In this document: positions 38,180 through 47,631 of the stretch, one piece after another
Layout: the number at the start of each line of letters is the position of its first letter
How positions within the stretch are numbered: the first letter of the stretch is position 1
NCBI GenBank assembly: GCA_001872315.1
Contig: MNVZ01000026.1
Location: 1-55,645 of the forward strand
DNA: 55,645 nt
Direction of reading: 5' to 3'
Origin: Candidatus Pacearchaeota archaeon CG1_02_39_14
GTDB lineage: Archaea; Nanobdellota; Nanobdellia; Pacearchaeales; GW2011-AR1
Program-made: the position numbers and the translations under genes
Notes under the pieces: generated by a model
Database searches by the model: none
Told to the model about the DNA's origin: nothing
Seen by the model: only the letters and a program-made list of their open reading frames with translations

Positions 38180-38596
38180 ATGGGTTTGATGAATGCAAAG
38201 AAATTGAAGACAAGAAGAAAGAAGTTTAGATGGAGCGATGCTGCTTATAAGAAGAAGGATATAGGCACCAAGTTCGATCCACTTAAGGGATCTTCCCAGG
38301 CAAAAGGAATCGTAATAAGCAAATTCCAGAAGGAAGCGAAGCAGCCAAATTCTGCTATGAGAAAGTGCTGCAAAGTACAACTAGTTAAGAATGGCACACA
38401 GATTGGGGCATTTATTCCAGGAAACCTGGCGCAAAAGTTTGTTGATGAACATGATGAGGTCATAATTGAAAGGATAGGCGGGAAGCAGGGAAGAACAAAA
38501 GGAGACATTCCGGGCATAAGATTTCAGGTTATCAAGGTCAATGATCAGCCATTGAGAAGATTGGTTGAAGGAAAGATAGAGAAGGGTAGAAGATAA
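38180..38596 (+). CDS. rps12: 30S ribosomal protein uS12
   Basis: KQPNSAMRKC, GDIPG. Confidence 0.96.
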   Translation: MGLMNAKKLKTRRKKFRWSDAAYKKKDIGTKFDPLKGSSQAKGIVISKFQKEAKQPNSAMRKCCKVQLVKNGTQIGAFIPGNLAQKFVDEHDEVIIERIGGKQGRTKGDIPGIRFQVIKVNDQPLRRLVEGKIEKGRR

Positions 38597-38597
38597 A

Positions 38598-39191
38598 ATG
38601 ACATTTAAAGCATTCAATTTATATGACATGGAAGAGATTGAGGTGAAAGATATTGCCCTTAAGCCTTACATAAATCTGCAAGGCAAACTTCTTGTAAAGA
38701 GTCATGGAAGAAATACAAAGAGATTTGGAAATGCAAATGTCCATATTCTTGAGAGACTTACAAACAGAATATGCGTTCCGGGGCATGTTGGAAAGAAGCA
38801 TAAGATAATAACAAAGTGGGCGACAGGAAAATACACAACAAATATGAAAACTGTTCTTGAGGCACTTGAAGCAATAAAGAAAAAGAAAAATGAGAATCCT
38901 GTTCAGGTTCTTGTGAGGGCCATTGAAAACTGCTCACCAAGAGACGAGATTACAACAATTGAATATGGAGGAGCAAGATATCCCCAGGCTGTTGACTCAA
39001 GCCCAATAAGAAGAGTTAATCTTTCATTAAGATGGATTGTGCAGGGCTCGTATCAAAAAGCATTTGGAAAGAAAAAGAAAATGGCCGAGACGCTTGCAAA
39101 CGAAATAATTCTTGCTTCCGAGGGAAACATGGAGAGTTATGCAATGCAGAAAAAGAATGAGTCTGAAAAGCAGGCTGATGCAGCACGTTAA
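38598..39191 (+). CDS. rps7: 30S ribosomal protein uS7
   Basis: NPVQVLV.AIEN..PR, YGG..YPQAVD.SP.RR. Confidence 0.96.
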   Translation: MTFKAFNLYDMEEIEVKDIALKPYINLQGKLLVKSHGRNTKRFGNANVHILERLTNRICVPGHVGKKHKIITKWATGKYTTNMKTVLEALEAIKKKKNENPVQVLVRAIENCSPRDEITTIEYGGARYPQAVDSSPIRRVNLSLRWIVQGSYQKAFGKKKKMAETLANEIILASEGNMESYAMQKKNESEKQADAAR

Positions 39192-39299
39192 TTTTAACTG
39201 ATAACAATTTTTTTACCGACAGAATAATTACAAACCTTTAAATATCAAATCTTCTTGTATATTTTAGCTATACGCATAAGATAAAAGGAGGTGAAAAAA

Positions 39300-39440
39300 A
39301 TGACAGGTTGGCAAAGTTGGCTTGCTTTGATCGGTGGGATTGTTGCAGTAATTGGTGAATTTGTACCAGACTATTACCTTGCTTTGATCGGTGGAATCCT
39401 TGCTGTGATTGGAGCAATTGGCCTTATGATGGGTAAATAA
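39300..39440 (+). CDS. 46-aa internally duplicated membrane microprotein (not in ORF track)
   Basis: MTGWQSWLALIGGIVAVIGEFVPDYYLALIGGILAVIGAIGLMMGK; GGAGGTGA site at 39287-39294; TATA ~39237; T-rich tail after the stop. Confidence 0.85.
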   Translation: MTGWQSWLALIGGIVAVIGEFVPDYYLALIGGILAVIGAIGLMMGK

Positions 39441-39592
39441 GATTTTATTAAAAGAATTTATTTTTATTTTATTAATTTAATTTAGGTTTCATGGAGGATT
39501 TGAAGGAATTTTTCCTTTTGGATGGTTAATTTTTCAGGTTTAAGGCGAAATGAACAGCAACGTTTAAAAAGCACTTTTTTCTATACATAGAA

Positions 39593-41782
39593 ATGGCAGA
39601 TAAAGAAACAAGCCTTGAAAAAATCAAGAGGCTGACGAGCAATCAGAAAAATATCAGAAATGTAGCAACGTCTGCACATATCCACCATGGGAAAACTGCC
39701 TTTACAGATAACCTCCTTGCTGCTGCAGGGTTAATGGCTGCTAAGAATGCAGGTAACCTAGATGAGGGAATGACTACCTGGCAACATGCCGATGAGCAGG
39801 AAAGACTTATGACTGTTGATGCAGCAAATGTCTCTATGGGACACAGCTATCAGGGAGAAGAGTATCTTATCAACCTGATTGATACCCCAGGACATGTTGA
39901 TTTTGGAGGAAATGTCACGAGAGCCATGAGAGCGATTGACGGAACTTTTGTTCTTGTATGTGCTGTCGAAGGAATAATGCCTCAGACTGAAACTGTATTA
40001 AGGCAGGCGCTAAAAGAAAGAGTAAAACCTGTTCTCTTCATAAATAAAGTTGACAGATTGATTAAAGAGCTTAAGCTTGGCCCTGAAGACATGCAAAACA
40101 GATTTGCGAAAATTATTGAGAGCTTTAACCATCTAATAATGCAGATTGCAGAGCCTGAACTTGCAGAAAAATGGCAGGTTAGTGTGAAAGACGGAAGTGT
40201 TGCATTCGGTAGCGCGAGAGAAAACTGGGCTCTTTCTGTTCCTTTCATGCAGAAGAAAAATGTGACTTTCAAGGATGTTTATAATCTGTACCAGATGGAA
40301 GAAGAGGAAAAAAAGAAGTGGGTCTGGGAGAAAGCGCCTTTGTATGAAGTTATTCTTGACATGGCGGTCAAGCACCTGCCAAATCCTCTTGAGGCACAAA
40401 AATACAGGATTCCAAAAATATGGAGTGGTGACTTAGAAAGCCAGTTCGGAAAAGACTTGCTTAGCTGCAACAAGCAGGGAGAAGTCGCCTTTGTTGTTAC
40501 CAAAATAGTTATAGACCCAAGATCTGGAAAGGAGATTTCTGCTGGAAGACTATATTCCGGAACAATTGAAAACGGAATGGAAGTTTATGCAAACAATGCA
40601 AAAAAGAAGTCGAGAGTACTTCAGGTCCTTGTATATAATGGAATAAAACCTGAGCAGCTTGAAAGAGTTCCTGCCGGAAATGTTCTTGCGATTACCGGAC
40701 TTAATGTTGATGTTGGGGAGACAATAACTGTGAATGAGCAGAAATCCTTTGAAGAAATAAAGCATATTTTCCAGCCAGTCATCACGAAATCTATTGAAGT
40801 TACAAGATCCGCTGATTTGCCTAAACTGATTGAAGTGCTTAGAAGAGTTGGAAAAGAAGACCCAAGCATAAAGATTGAAATTAATGAAGAGACAGGAGAG
40901 AACCTTATCTCCGGAATGGGTGAGCTTCACCTTGAAATCATTGAAGGAAGAATAAAGAATGAAAAAGGACTTGAAGTCAAAACAGGAGCCCCTATTGTGG
41001 TTTATAGGGAGAGTGTAGGTCGGGCAAGCCCTAAAGTTGAATCAAGAACGCCTAATGGGCATAACATCTTCTCATTCAGCATTGAGCCTCTTGAAGAAGG
41101 AGTGTATAATCAGATACAGGAAGGAAATATTCCTGAAGGAAGAGTCAAGAAAAAAGCGGAAGAAATGTGGAAGAAACTTGAAGAGCAGGGAATATCAAGC
41201 GACGAAGCAAGACAGTTAAGGGATGTTTACAAGGGGAATATCTTTGAAGACAGGACAAGAGGACTTGTTCTTCTCGGAGACATAATCGAGTCAATTATGG
41301 ATGGATGGAGACTAGTTGTTGATGCCGGGCCTCTAGCCAAAGAGCCCCTGATGAAGACGAAGTTTATCCTTCATGATGCTAAAATCCACGTCGACCATAT
41401 GCATAGAGGTCCTGCCCAAATCTATCCTGCTGTAAGAAAGGGTGTGCACGAAGCAATGACCAAGGCAGGAGCGGTAATGCTTGAGCCTATTCAAACGCAC
41501 CTGATTGAAGCTCCGATTGATTTTATGGGCGCTGTAACTTCGTTGGTATCATCAAAGAGAGGGGTGTTGAACGATGTGCAGCAGGAAACAGGAACTGTGA
41601 CAATAAGGTCCCAAATCCCTGTAGCTGAAATGATTGGATGGAGTTCTGACTTAAGAAGCAAGACAGAAGGTCGTGGTGTCTCAAGCCTTGTTGACCAGAA
41701 GTTCCAGAAGATGCCAAGAGAATTGCAGGACGAAGTTATAAGAAAGATCAGGCAGAGAAAGGGATTAGCTGAAAATCAGTAA
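39593..41782 (+). CDS. fusA: Translation elongation factor EF-2
   Basis: AHIHHGKT, DTPGHVDF, NKVD, GMGELHLE, HRGPAQ. Confidence 0.96.
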   Translation: MADKETSLEKIKRLTSNQKNIRNVATSAHIHHGKTAFTDNLLAAAGLMAAKNAGNLDEGMTTWQHADEQERLMTVDAANVSMGHSYQGEEYLINLIDTPGHVDFGGNVTRAMRAIDGTFVLVCAVEGIMPQTETVLRQALKERVKPVLFINKVDRLIKELKLGPEDMQNRFAKIIESFNHLIMQIAEPELAEKWQVSVKDGSVAFGSARENWALSVPFMQKKNVTFKDVYNLYQMEEEEKKKWVWEKAPLYEVILDMAVKHLPNPLEAQKYRIPKIWSGDLESQFGKDLLSCNKQGEVAFVVTKIVIDPRSGKEISAGRLYSGTIENGMEVYANNAKKKSRVLQVLVYNGIKPEQLERVPAGNVLAITGLNVDVGETITVNEQKSFEEIKHIFQPVITKSIEVTRSADLPKLIEVLRRVGKEDPSIKIEINEETGENLISGMGELHLEIIEGRIKNEKGLEVKTGAPIVVYRESVGRASPKVESRTPNGHNIFSFSIEPLEEGVYNQIQEGNIPEGRVKKKAEEMWKKLEEQGISSDEARQLRDVYKGNIFEDRTRGLVLLGDIIESIMDGWRLVVDAGPLAKEPLMKTKFILHDAKIHVDHMHRGPAQIYPAVRKGVHEAMTKAGAVMLEPIQTHLIEAPIDFMGAVTSLVSSKRGVLNDVQQETGTVTIRSQIPVAEMIGWSSDLRSKTEGRGVSSLVDQKFQKMPRELQDEVIRKIRQRKGLAENQ

Positions 41783-41828
41783 TCAGGAAGATATAAAAAC
41801 TTAAAAGTGTGGCCGCTCTGAAATTTCT

Positions 41829-42737
41829 ATGAGATTTGGCTTTGCACCAATAGTCCTTTCCGCATTTCTTGCAGGCTGTGGGCAGAAAGTAATAATAAGC
41901 TCATCTGTGAGAGAAAATTCTTATTTTTCTCCTGAAGCATTTGCATTGGCAGAGGAATTTCTTGAAGAAAATACAAGAATTGATTTTGAGTTCGGGAACT
42001 ACCGCGAAAAAACAAATCATTTTGACAGATTTGCCCTGGTTGTTCAGGATTTCCAGGAAAGGGCTGAAGAGGTGAAGGGAGAGCAGCTGAAAAGCATAGA
42101 CTATTTGATAGGAAAGATTGAAGGTGAACTTGCCAAATCTGGCGGAGAGGCAGCCGAAATAAGAGACGTTCTTTTTGATGCAAAGGATTTGAGGGAGAGA
42201 ACTATAAGAAATATTGAGGAAGAATATAAGTACAGAATTGGTGAGACTGAAACAGAGAAAGGCCTGATTCATCTGCTTGATAATGAAATGACAAAAGCAC
42301 AAATGAAAATTACAGAATATGATAAGGCACTTGATGAACTAAAGGCGACAACCCGTGACGAAAAAATTCTCCGGGAGATAGAAGACATAGAAGAGCTGAA
42401 AAGAAGTTGCAAAGCGCATAATACGAGAAGCGCCGCGAAGACAATTGTGCATGAGGTAGGGCACCTGTTCGGGCTGTGGCATACACAGCAGTATGTGAAT
42501 GACTCTTATGAAGACCTTGCCGTAAGTGGATTACCAAACGTCATGGGATATCTGAACCCTGTTGAAGGGAAGTATGGATTCGCATTTGATAAAGAACAGA
42601 TTAGGCAAATCAAGGATTACCTAAAAAAGGGCAAGACTTACACAGATTTTAGGGCGGCTGGATTCAATCTGCATGATTATACTAGTAAGAAAGCAGAAGA
42701 AAATGGCTGGAAATTGCTTGAAGGAATAGTTAATTAA
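41829..42737 (+). CDS. Lipoprotein metzincin-type zinc metallopeptidase
   Basis: Lipobox LAGC; HEVGHLFGLWH (HExxHxxGxxH); Met-turn NVMGY. Confidence 0.8.
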   Translation: MRFGFAPIVLSAFLAGCGQKVIISSSVRENSYFSPEAFALAEEFLEENTRIDFEFGNYREKTNHFDRFALVVQDFQERAEEVKGEQLKSIDYLIGKIEGELAKSGGEAAEIRDVLFDAKDLRERTIRNIEEEYKYRIGETETEKGLIHLLDNEMTKAQMKITEYDKALDELKATTRDEKILREIEDIEELKRSCKAHNTRSAAKTIVHEVGHLFGLWHTQQYVNDSYEDLAVSGLPNVMGYLNPVEGKYGFAFDKEQIRQIKDYLKKGKTYTDFRAAGFNLHDYTSKKAEENGWKLLEGIVN

Positions 42738-42759
42738 AGTTAAATAATCTTATTTAACT
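42738..42759. promoter_or_regulatory. Perfect 10-bp inverted repeat, possible operator of the downstream RHH gene
   Basis: AGTTAAATAA-TC-TTATTTAACT; TAAATAA recurs at ~42787 and ~42797. Confidence 0.45.
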
Positions 42760-42819
42760 AAAAATATGAGAAAGATTTATTAAGATTAAATAACTCTAAA
42801 TAAGATAAAAAGAGGAGAA

Positions 42820-43074
42820 ATGGCATTAAAGACTTTTAATTTGGATGCAGAAGTGTATGAAGAATTTTCTAAGCACTGCAAGAAGCACGGCATTTCTATG
42901 AGCAGAAAGGTTGAAAATTTTATAAGAGATGAGGTTGGAAAATTAAAATCAGGAAGTGGAAATATTGATTTTAGGCTGGAAGTTGAAAAAAGCCCTGCTG
43001 TGAGAAGAGGATTACACCGGCCTGAAGAAATGCAGCCCCCAAAGGCAGATCATCCTATGGGGAAGTTCTGCTAG
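42820..43074 (+). CDS. Ribbon-helix-helix DNA-binding protein
   Basis: KTFNLD.EVY..F...C...G..MS..VE.FI. Confidence 0.75.
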   Translation: MALKTFNLDAEVYEEFSKHCKKHGISMSRKVENFIRDEVGKLKSGSGNIDFRLEVEKSPAVRRGLHRPEEMQPPKADHPMGKFC

Positions 43075-43418
43075 TTGGTGCTTACCAAAATAGTTGAGAT
43101 AGGAGTCATCAACTCAGAAGACATTAGTGAAATAATGTTGTTTGCGACACTAAAGTAATTTTCATATTTTTTGCTAACTTTAAGCCTTACTGTTTCTCCG
43201 CCTATTACTGAAAGTAACATAACTTCCATTTCTGATTTTGCATCTGCTTCACATGAACCGTAAGATATCCTGACATCCCCCTCATATTTACCTGCGAGAA
43301 TTGCAATCGCTCTCGATGGTCTTTGATGTATCCCCAAAAAATCTCTTATTAAAATATCTTCTTCATAAAAATCCCTGCTATCAACCTCAATCCTATCACT
43401 TAATATCGTCATCAACAT
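43071..43418 (-). CDS. ptsH: HPr-like phosphocarrier protein
   Basis: GIHQRPS resembles GLHARPA (His15); DAKSEMEVMLL resembles NAKSIMGVMML (Ser46); start 43418 or 43412. Confidence 0.7.
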   Translation of the reverse strand: MLMTILSDRIEVDSRDFYEEDILIRDFLGIHQRPSRAIAILAGKYEGDVRISYGSCEADAKSEMEVMLLSVIGGETVRLKVSKKYENYFSVANNIISLMSSELMTPISTILVSTN

Positions 43419-43992
43419 CGTCCTGGATGTCCTCGGTGTCGCGCCATTTTATTGAGCATCCAATTGAGGGTTTTTGGTTTTCTTCGGGTATTCCCGGAAA
43501 GCCATTTGCAAGATTGTTTACAGCTTCCAGCAAGTCATGATGATTCACTTTTTCGGGATACTGCCAGTTGTCGTCGATGCTTCCATGATATATTAATTTC
43601 TTATTAGAATCCATTAAATAGACATCAGGAGTGCACTGCGCTTTGTATGCCCTTGCTGTTTCCTGCGACTGGTCGATGAGGTAGGGAAACTGGAGATCGT
43701 TTTCTTCTATGAACTCTTTCATCTTCTTCGGAGAATCTTCAGGATACTCGGGGTTTATATTAGAGTTTATTGCTACTGTGTTTATTCCAAGCTCTTTTGC
43801 CTGTCCTGCAATTTTGATCAATCTGGGCCATACTGCTTGCGCATAAGGGCAGTGATTACAAGTAAAAATGACAAGAAGCCCTTTCTCTCCGTATAACTGC
43901 TGGGAATGAAATGACTGCCCGTCGGCATTTCTAAGAATAAAGCCAGGCATATTTGTTCCAATTTTTATTCTGATTGATTCAAGAAGAGCCAT
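43396..43992 (-). CDS. AhpC/TSA-type thioredoxin-family protein
   Basis: FTCNHCPY, FPYL.D, A.CTPD, SIGCSIKW. Confidence 0.9.
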   Translation of the reverse strand: MALLESIRIKIGTNMPGFILRNADGQSFHSQQLYGEKGLLVIFTCNHCPYAQAVWPRLIKIAGQAKELGINTVAINSNINPEYPEDSPKKMKEFIEENDLQFPYLIDQSQETARAYKAQCTPDVYLMDSNKKLIYHGSIDDNWQYPEKVNHHDLLEAVNNLANGFPGIPEENQKPSIGCSIKWRDTEDIQDDVDDDIK

Positions 43993-44098
43993 ACTAGTGC
44001 AAGAAAAGAGAATTATTTAAAGATTTTGCCCGTCGGCATTTGAGTTATTCTGAGAAGTTACCGCAAAGTTTAAATACCTTATTTTTCAATAACAAAAC

Positions 44099-45376
44099 AT
44101 GGCTAAAGAAAAACCAGGAATTAACATAGCTTTTGTTGGTCATGTTGACCATGGAAAGTCTACCACAATTGGAAGATTGATGTTTGATAGTGGTAACCTC
44201 CCAGAACAGGAATTAGAGAAGCTTAGAAAACTTGCTGTGGAAAAAGGAAAAGCAGGATTTGAGTTTGCTTATGTCATGGACAGATTTAAGGAAGAGAGAG
44301 AAAGAGGAGTTACAATTGACCTTGCTTACCAGAAAATTATTACCCCTAAAAGAGAAGTTACAATAATTGATGCTCCAGGACACAAGGATTTTGTTAAGAA
44401 CATGATTACCGGAGCTTCACAGGCGGACGCTGCTTTCTTGGTTGTTGCTGCCCAGGAAGGGGTTCAGCCACAGACAAAGGAGCACTTATGGCTGTTGAAG
44501 ACAATGGGTGTTGGAGAGATATGCATACTGATTAACAAGATGGATACTGTTAACTTTAAGGAAGATGCTTTCAATAAGGTTAAGGAAGACCTCTCGGCAT
44601 TGCTAAAGACAGCAGGATTCAAGCCGGACACAATGACATTCATAGCTGCTTCTGGATTCAAGGGAGACAATGTATTCAAGAAATCAGAGAATATGGCTTG
44701 GTATAAGGGCCCTACAGTTTATGAGCAGCTTGACCTTTTCAAGGATGCTGAAAAACCAAATAATCTTCCTTTGAGAATGCCCTTGCAGGATGTTTATGAT
44801 ATTACTGGAATCGGAACTGTTCCTGTTGGAAAGATAATTACTGGTGTTATGAAGATAGGCCAGAAAGTAGTTGTTCTTCCAGGAAGATCCGGAACAGGAA
44901 TAAACGGGGAAGTAAGAAGCATTGAAGCACACCATGAGCAAATGCAGGAAGCATCATCCGGAGATAATGTCGGAATCAACATCAGAGGAGTTGGAAAGAA
45001 AGACGCTGCAAGAGGAGATGTTGTCTGCGATGTAGCTAAGCCTGCAAAGATTGTTGAGGAGTTTACCGCCCAGATAGCAGTCATAGACCACCCAACAGTT
45101 ATTGCTAAAGGATATACTCCTGTGTTCCATGTTCACACAGCCCAGGTGCCTTGCCAGTTTATAGAGCTGATTGAGGTAACAAGAGGTGGAGAAAAAACGG
45201 CAAATCCTGACTTTTTGAAAACAGGAGATGTTGCTAAGGTAAAGATAAAGCCTATCGGAAACCTTGTCTTGGAGACAAATGCAGATAACCCTCACATGAG
45301 TAGATTCGCAATAAGAGATGCTGGAAAGACAGTTGGAGCAGGTGTCTGCGTAGACCTTAAGGCAAAAGTAATTTAA
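44099..45376 (+). CDS. tuf: Translation elongation factor EF-1alpha
   Basis: [31 protein letters not shown]. Confidence 0.97.
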   Translation: MAKEKPGINIAFVGHVDHGKSTTIGRLMFDSGNLPEQELEKLRKLAVEKGKAGFEFAYVMDRFKEERERGVTIDLAYQKIITPKREVTIIDAPGHKDFVKNMITGASQADAAFLVVAAQEGVQPQTKEHLWLLKTMGVGEICILINKMDTVNFKEDAFNKVKEDLSALLKTAGFKPDTMTFIAASGFKGDNVFKKSENMAWYKGPTVYEQLDLFKDAEKPNNLPLRMPLQDVYDITGIGTVPVGKIITGVMKIGQKVVVLPGRSGTGINGEVRSIEAHHEQMQEASSGDNVGINIRGVGKKDAARGDVVCDVAKPAKIVEEFTAQIAVIDHPTVIAKGYTPVFHVHTAQVPCQFIELIEVTRGGEKTANPDFLKTGDVAKVKIKPIGNLVLETNADNPHMSRFAIRDAGKTVGAGVCVDLKAKVI

Positions 45377-45438
45377 TTTCTTCCCGATTTCATTTTTAGC
45401 ACAATAATGATTATAAAGCAGTCGTTATTTTAGTTACC

Positions 45439-45990
45439 ATGAAAAAAGGGATGTCAAGACAGGAAATAGAACATGCACTTCAGGGCATGGGTGATTATGT
45501 AAAAATGGATTACCTACAAAGGGCGCTGAAATCTAACCTTGACTTTGAGACAAAAAAATTTGTGCAAATAAAACTCGCTAAAATATACGAAGCAAGAAAT
45601 ATGTTCTCCGACGCTGCAAGACTGATTAAAAATGCAGCTGATATCAATACAACCTTCAAAGGAAAAATTCAGGATTACATGAAATCCGCTGAATTATTTA
45701 TAAGGGGCGGGAGCTTTGATGAGTCAGAAGAAGTGTATAAGAGGGTCCTTGCATGCGGCAACACCCTTGAAAAAAGCGAGATGAAAGAGAGTTATAAGAA
45801 TTTCTTTATGACTCAGGCGGAAATTTATCTTAAGCAGGATAAGAGGAACCAGGCAAGGAAAACTTATGAGAGGATGCTGAATGTTGAGCTTGCTATGGGA
45901 GAAAGAGCAGAAGTGCAGAAAAAACTTCTTGCATTATATGAAAGATTAGGGTTGATAAGAGAGTATAATTCTTTGAAAAAAGTTATGTGA
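45439..45990 (+). CDS. Alpha-helical repeat (TPR-like) protein
   Basis: Repeated LA.IY, A..Y, LY..LG patterns. Confidence 0.7.
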   Translation: MKKGMSRQEIEHALQGMGDYVKMDYLQRALKSNLDFETKKFVQIKLAKIYEARNMFSDAARLIKNAADINTTFKGKIQDYMKSAELFIRGGSFDESEEVYKRVLACGNTLEKSEMKESYKNFFMTQAEIYLKQDKRNQARKTYERMLNVELAMGERAEVQKKLLALYERLGLIREYNSLKKVM

Positions 45991-45995
45991 ATGAA

Positions 45996-46023
45996 TAAAA
46001 AAAGAAGGGCCCCGAAGGGCCTT
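45996..46023 (-). terminator. GC hairpin with UUCG loop followed by U-tract
   Basis: Minus strand AAGGCCC-TTCG-GGGCCCTTCTTTTTTT directly after the stop at 46028. Confidence 0.7.
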
Positions 46024-46027
46024 ATAA

Positions 46028-46150
46028 TTAGCCCATGTATTCAACAGACTCTATGCCTTCGTCAAAGAGTTGGCTGATATCTTCGATGTCTTCTTCTTCA
46101 TTTTCAGAAGTCGCAGACCCGATGTTCTGGATTTGTTCTTTCATCACCAT
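46028..46150 (-). CDS. 40-aa acidic microprotein MVMKEQIQNIGSATSENEEEDIEDISQLFDEGIESVEYMG
   Basis: 3' part of the 148-aa track ORF; own TATA (TTTATATA from 46189) and downstream terminator. Confidence 0.65.
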   Translation of the reverse strand: MVMKEQIQNIGSATSENEEEDIEDISQLFDEGIESVEYMG

Positions 46151-46432
46151 CTTTTTAGTTAACGGTACTGGACTGGCCGAATATATAAATGTTTTTATGA
46201 TTACAGATGGAAAAATTATCGACGGAAAAAGTTTATAAATATGAGGTGTCTTTTTTTTAACTCCCTCTTTTGTTAATAATCCACAAACCACAAGTTTTAA
46301 ATAGGCTATTCGTGATTTCGGTGAGTAGAAAGAGTAAAAATTACTTTCACGATCACTTTCACATTCACGGCCTTTGTTTTTGGTCCAGTAAAAGAGATTA
46401 GGGATTAGTTTTCTTTCTATGAGAAATAAAAA

Positions 46433-47596
46433 ATGGCAAAAATAAGTCCAGTATCGATAAAGTACATGATTCATGCGAATTTCAAAGCCGAAGGCCCAGT
46501 TGAAAAACCGGATGTCATAGGCGCAATTTTCGGCCAGACCGAAGGATTGCTTGGAAGGGACATGGAGATGAGAGAATTGCAGAAAGAAGGAAAGATTGGA
46601 AGAATAGAAGTTGAGCTTGAGACTGTCGACGGAAAATCAATCGGAGAAATAAAAGTCCCAAGCGCGCTTGATAAATCAGAAACTACAATAATTGCCGCAA
46701 CACTTGAAACAATAGACAGAATCGGACCTACTGAAGCCAAGATTGAAATTTCTAAAATTGAGGATGTAAGAGGGAGCAAGAGAGATTACATAATTGAGAG
46801 AGCGAAAAAACTTCTTGACCAGGTTGAAGGAGATAGCATGGGTGGAATGTCTAAAGCTCTAAAGGAAGAGTCCAGAACTTCTAAAGTTCAGGAATATGGA
46901 GAGGAAAGGCTTGCAGCTGGAGACCTTTCAGGTGATGAGGTTATAGTTGTTGAAGGAAGAGCTGATGTTCTCAATCTTTTAAGAAATAGAGTTAACAATG
47001 TTATAGGTATGATGGGCGTCAAGATGCCAAAGGAGATTAGAAGGCTTGGTGAGGAGAAGGAACTTACCCTGTTTGTTGATGGAGACAGGGGAGGGAAGCT
47101 TATAGCCAAGAATGTTATTGAAAATGCCAAGATAACTTATGTTGCAGTTGCTCCGGATGGAAAGGAAGTTGAAGAGCTTACAGGCAAGGAGATATTGCAG
47201 GCATTAAGGAGAAAAGTCCCAACTGATGAGTTCCTTAAAAAATCAGGCAATGGGAACGGAAGAAGCTACAGGAATGAAGATTCAAGGGAAGAACCTGAAG
47301 AGATAAGCGTTGATCCCGAAGATGCAAAAAAGGCAGTCAAAGAAAAGTATAAAGATATAAAAGATACCAGAAAGGCAATTTTCTTAGACTCAAATCTCGA
47401 GGTTGTGAAAGAACTTTCTTCAAGAGATGTTCCCGGCACCCTGAAAAGGATGAAGAATGGAGTTGCAGCAGTTATTATTGATGGAATGGCATCTTCTATG
47501 ATAATAAAGGCTTGTGATGAAGAAGGGGTCAAATTCCTTGGAGCTACAAACTTCAGCGCAACTACTGATTCGAAAGTTAAGCTGATAAGCCTTTAA
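46433..47596 (+). CDS. dnaG: Archaeal DnaG (TOPRIM; exosome-associated)
   Basis: DVIGAIFGQTEGLLG, VVEGRADV, DGDRGG, EVEEL. Confidence 0.95.
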   Translation: MAKISPVSIKYMIHANFKAEGPVEKPDVIGAIFGQTEGLLGRDMEMRELQKEGKIGRIEVELETVDGKSIGEIKVPSALDKSETTIIAATLETIDRIGPTEAKIEISKIEDVRGSKRDYIIERAKKLLDQVEGDSMGGMSKALKEESRTSKVQEYGEERLAAGDLSGDEVIVVEGRADVLNLLRNRVNNVIGMMGVKMPKEIRRLGEEKELTLFVDGDRGGKLIAKNVIENAKITYVAVAPDGKEVEELTGKEILQALRRKVPTDEFLKKSGNGNGRSYRNEDSREEPEEISVDPEDAKKAVKEKYKDIKDTRKAIFLDSNLEVVKELSSRDVPGTLKRMKNGVAAVIIDGMASSMIIKACDEEGVKFLGATNFSATTDSKVKLISL

Positions 47597-47631
47597 ACAA
47601 GGTTTAAATATCTTAGATTGCTTTTTTGACG

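Noticed and set aside
42738..42759. Possible Xer dif site
   Set aside because: Spacer is 2 bp rather than 6 bp and the arms do not match well; an operator is more likely
46321..46401. His-rich GTG uORF (SRKSKNYFHDHFHIHGLCFWSSKRD) before dnaG
   Set aside because: GTG is only ~25 nt from the TATA start, short of the 28-31 seen elsewhere; the His codons arise from the TTCAC repeats
46151..46474. N-terminal 108 aa of the 148-aa minus-strand ORF
   Set aside because: Runs through promoter DNA and the dnaG start; only the last 40 codons look coding
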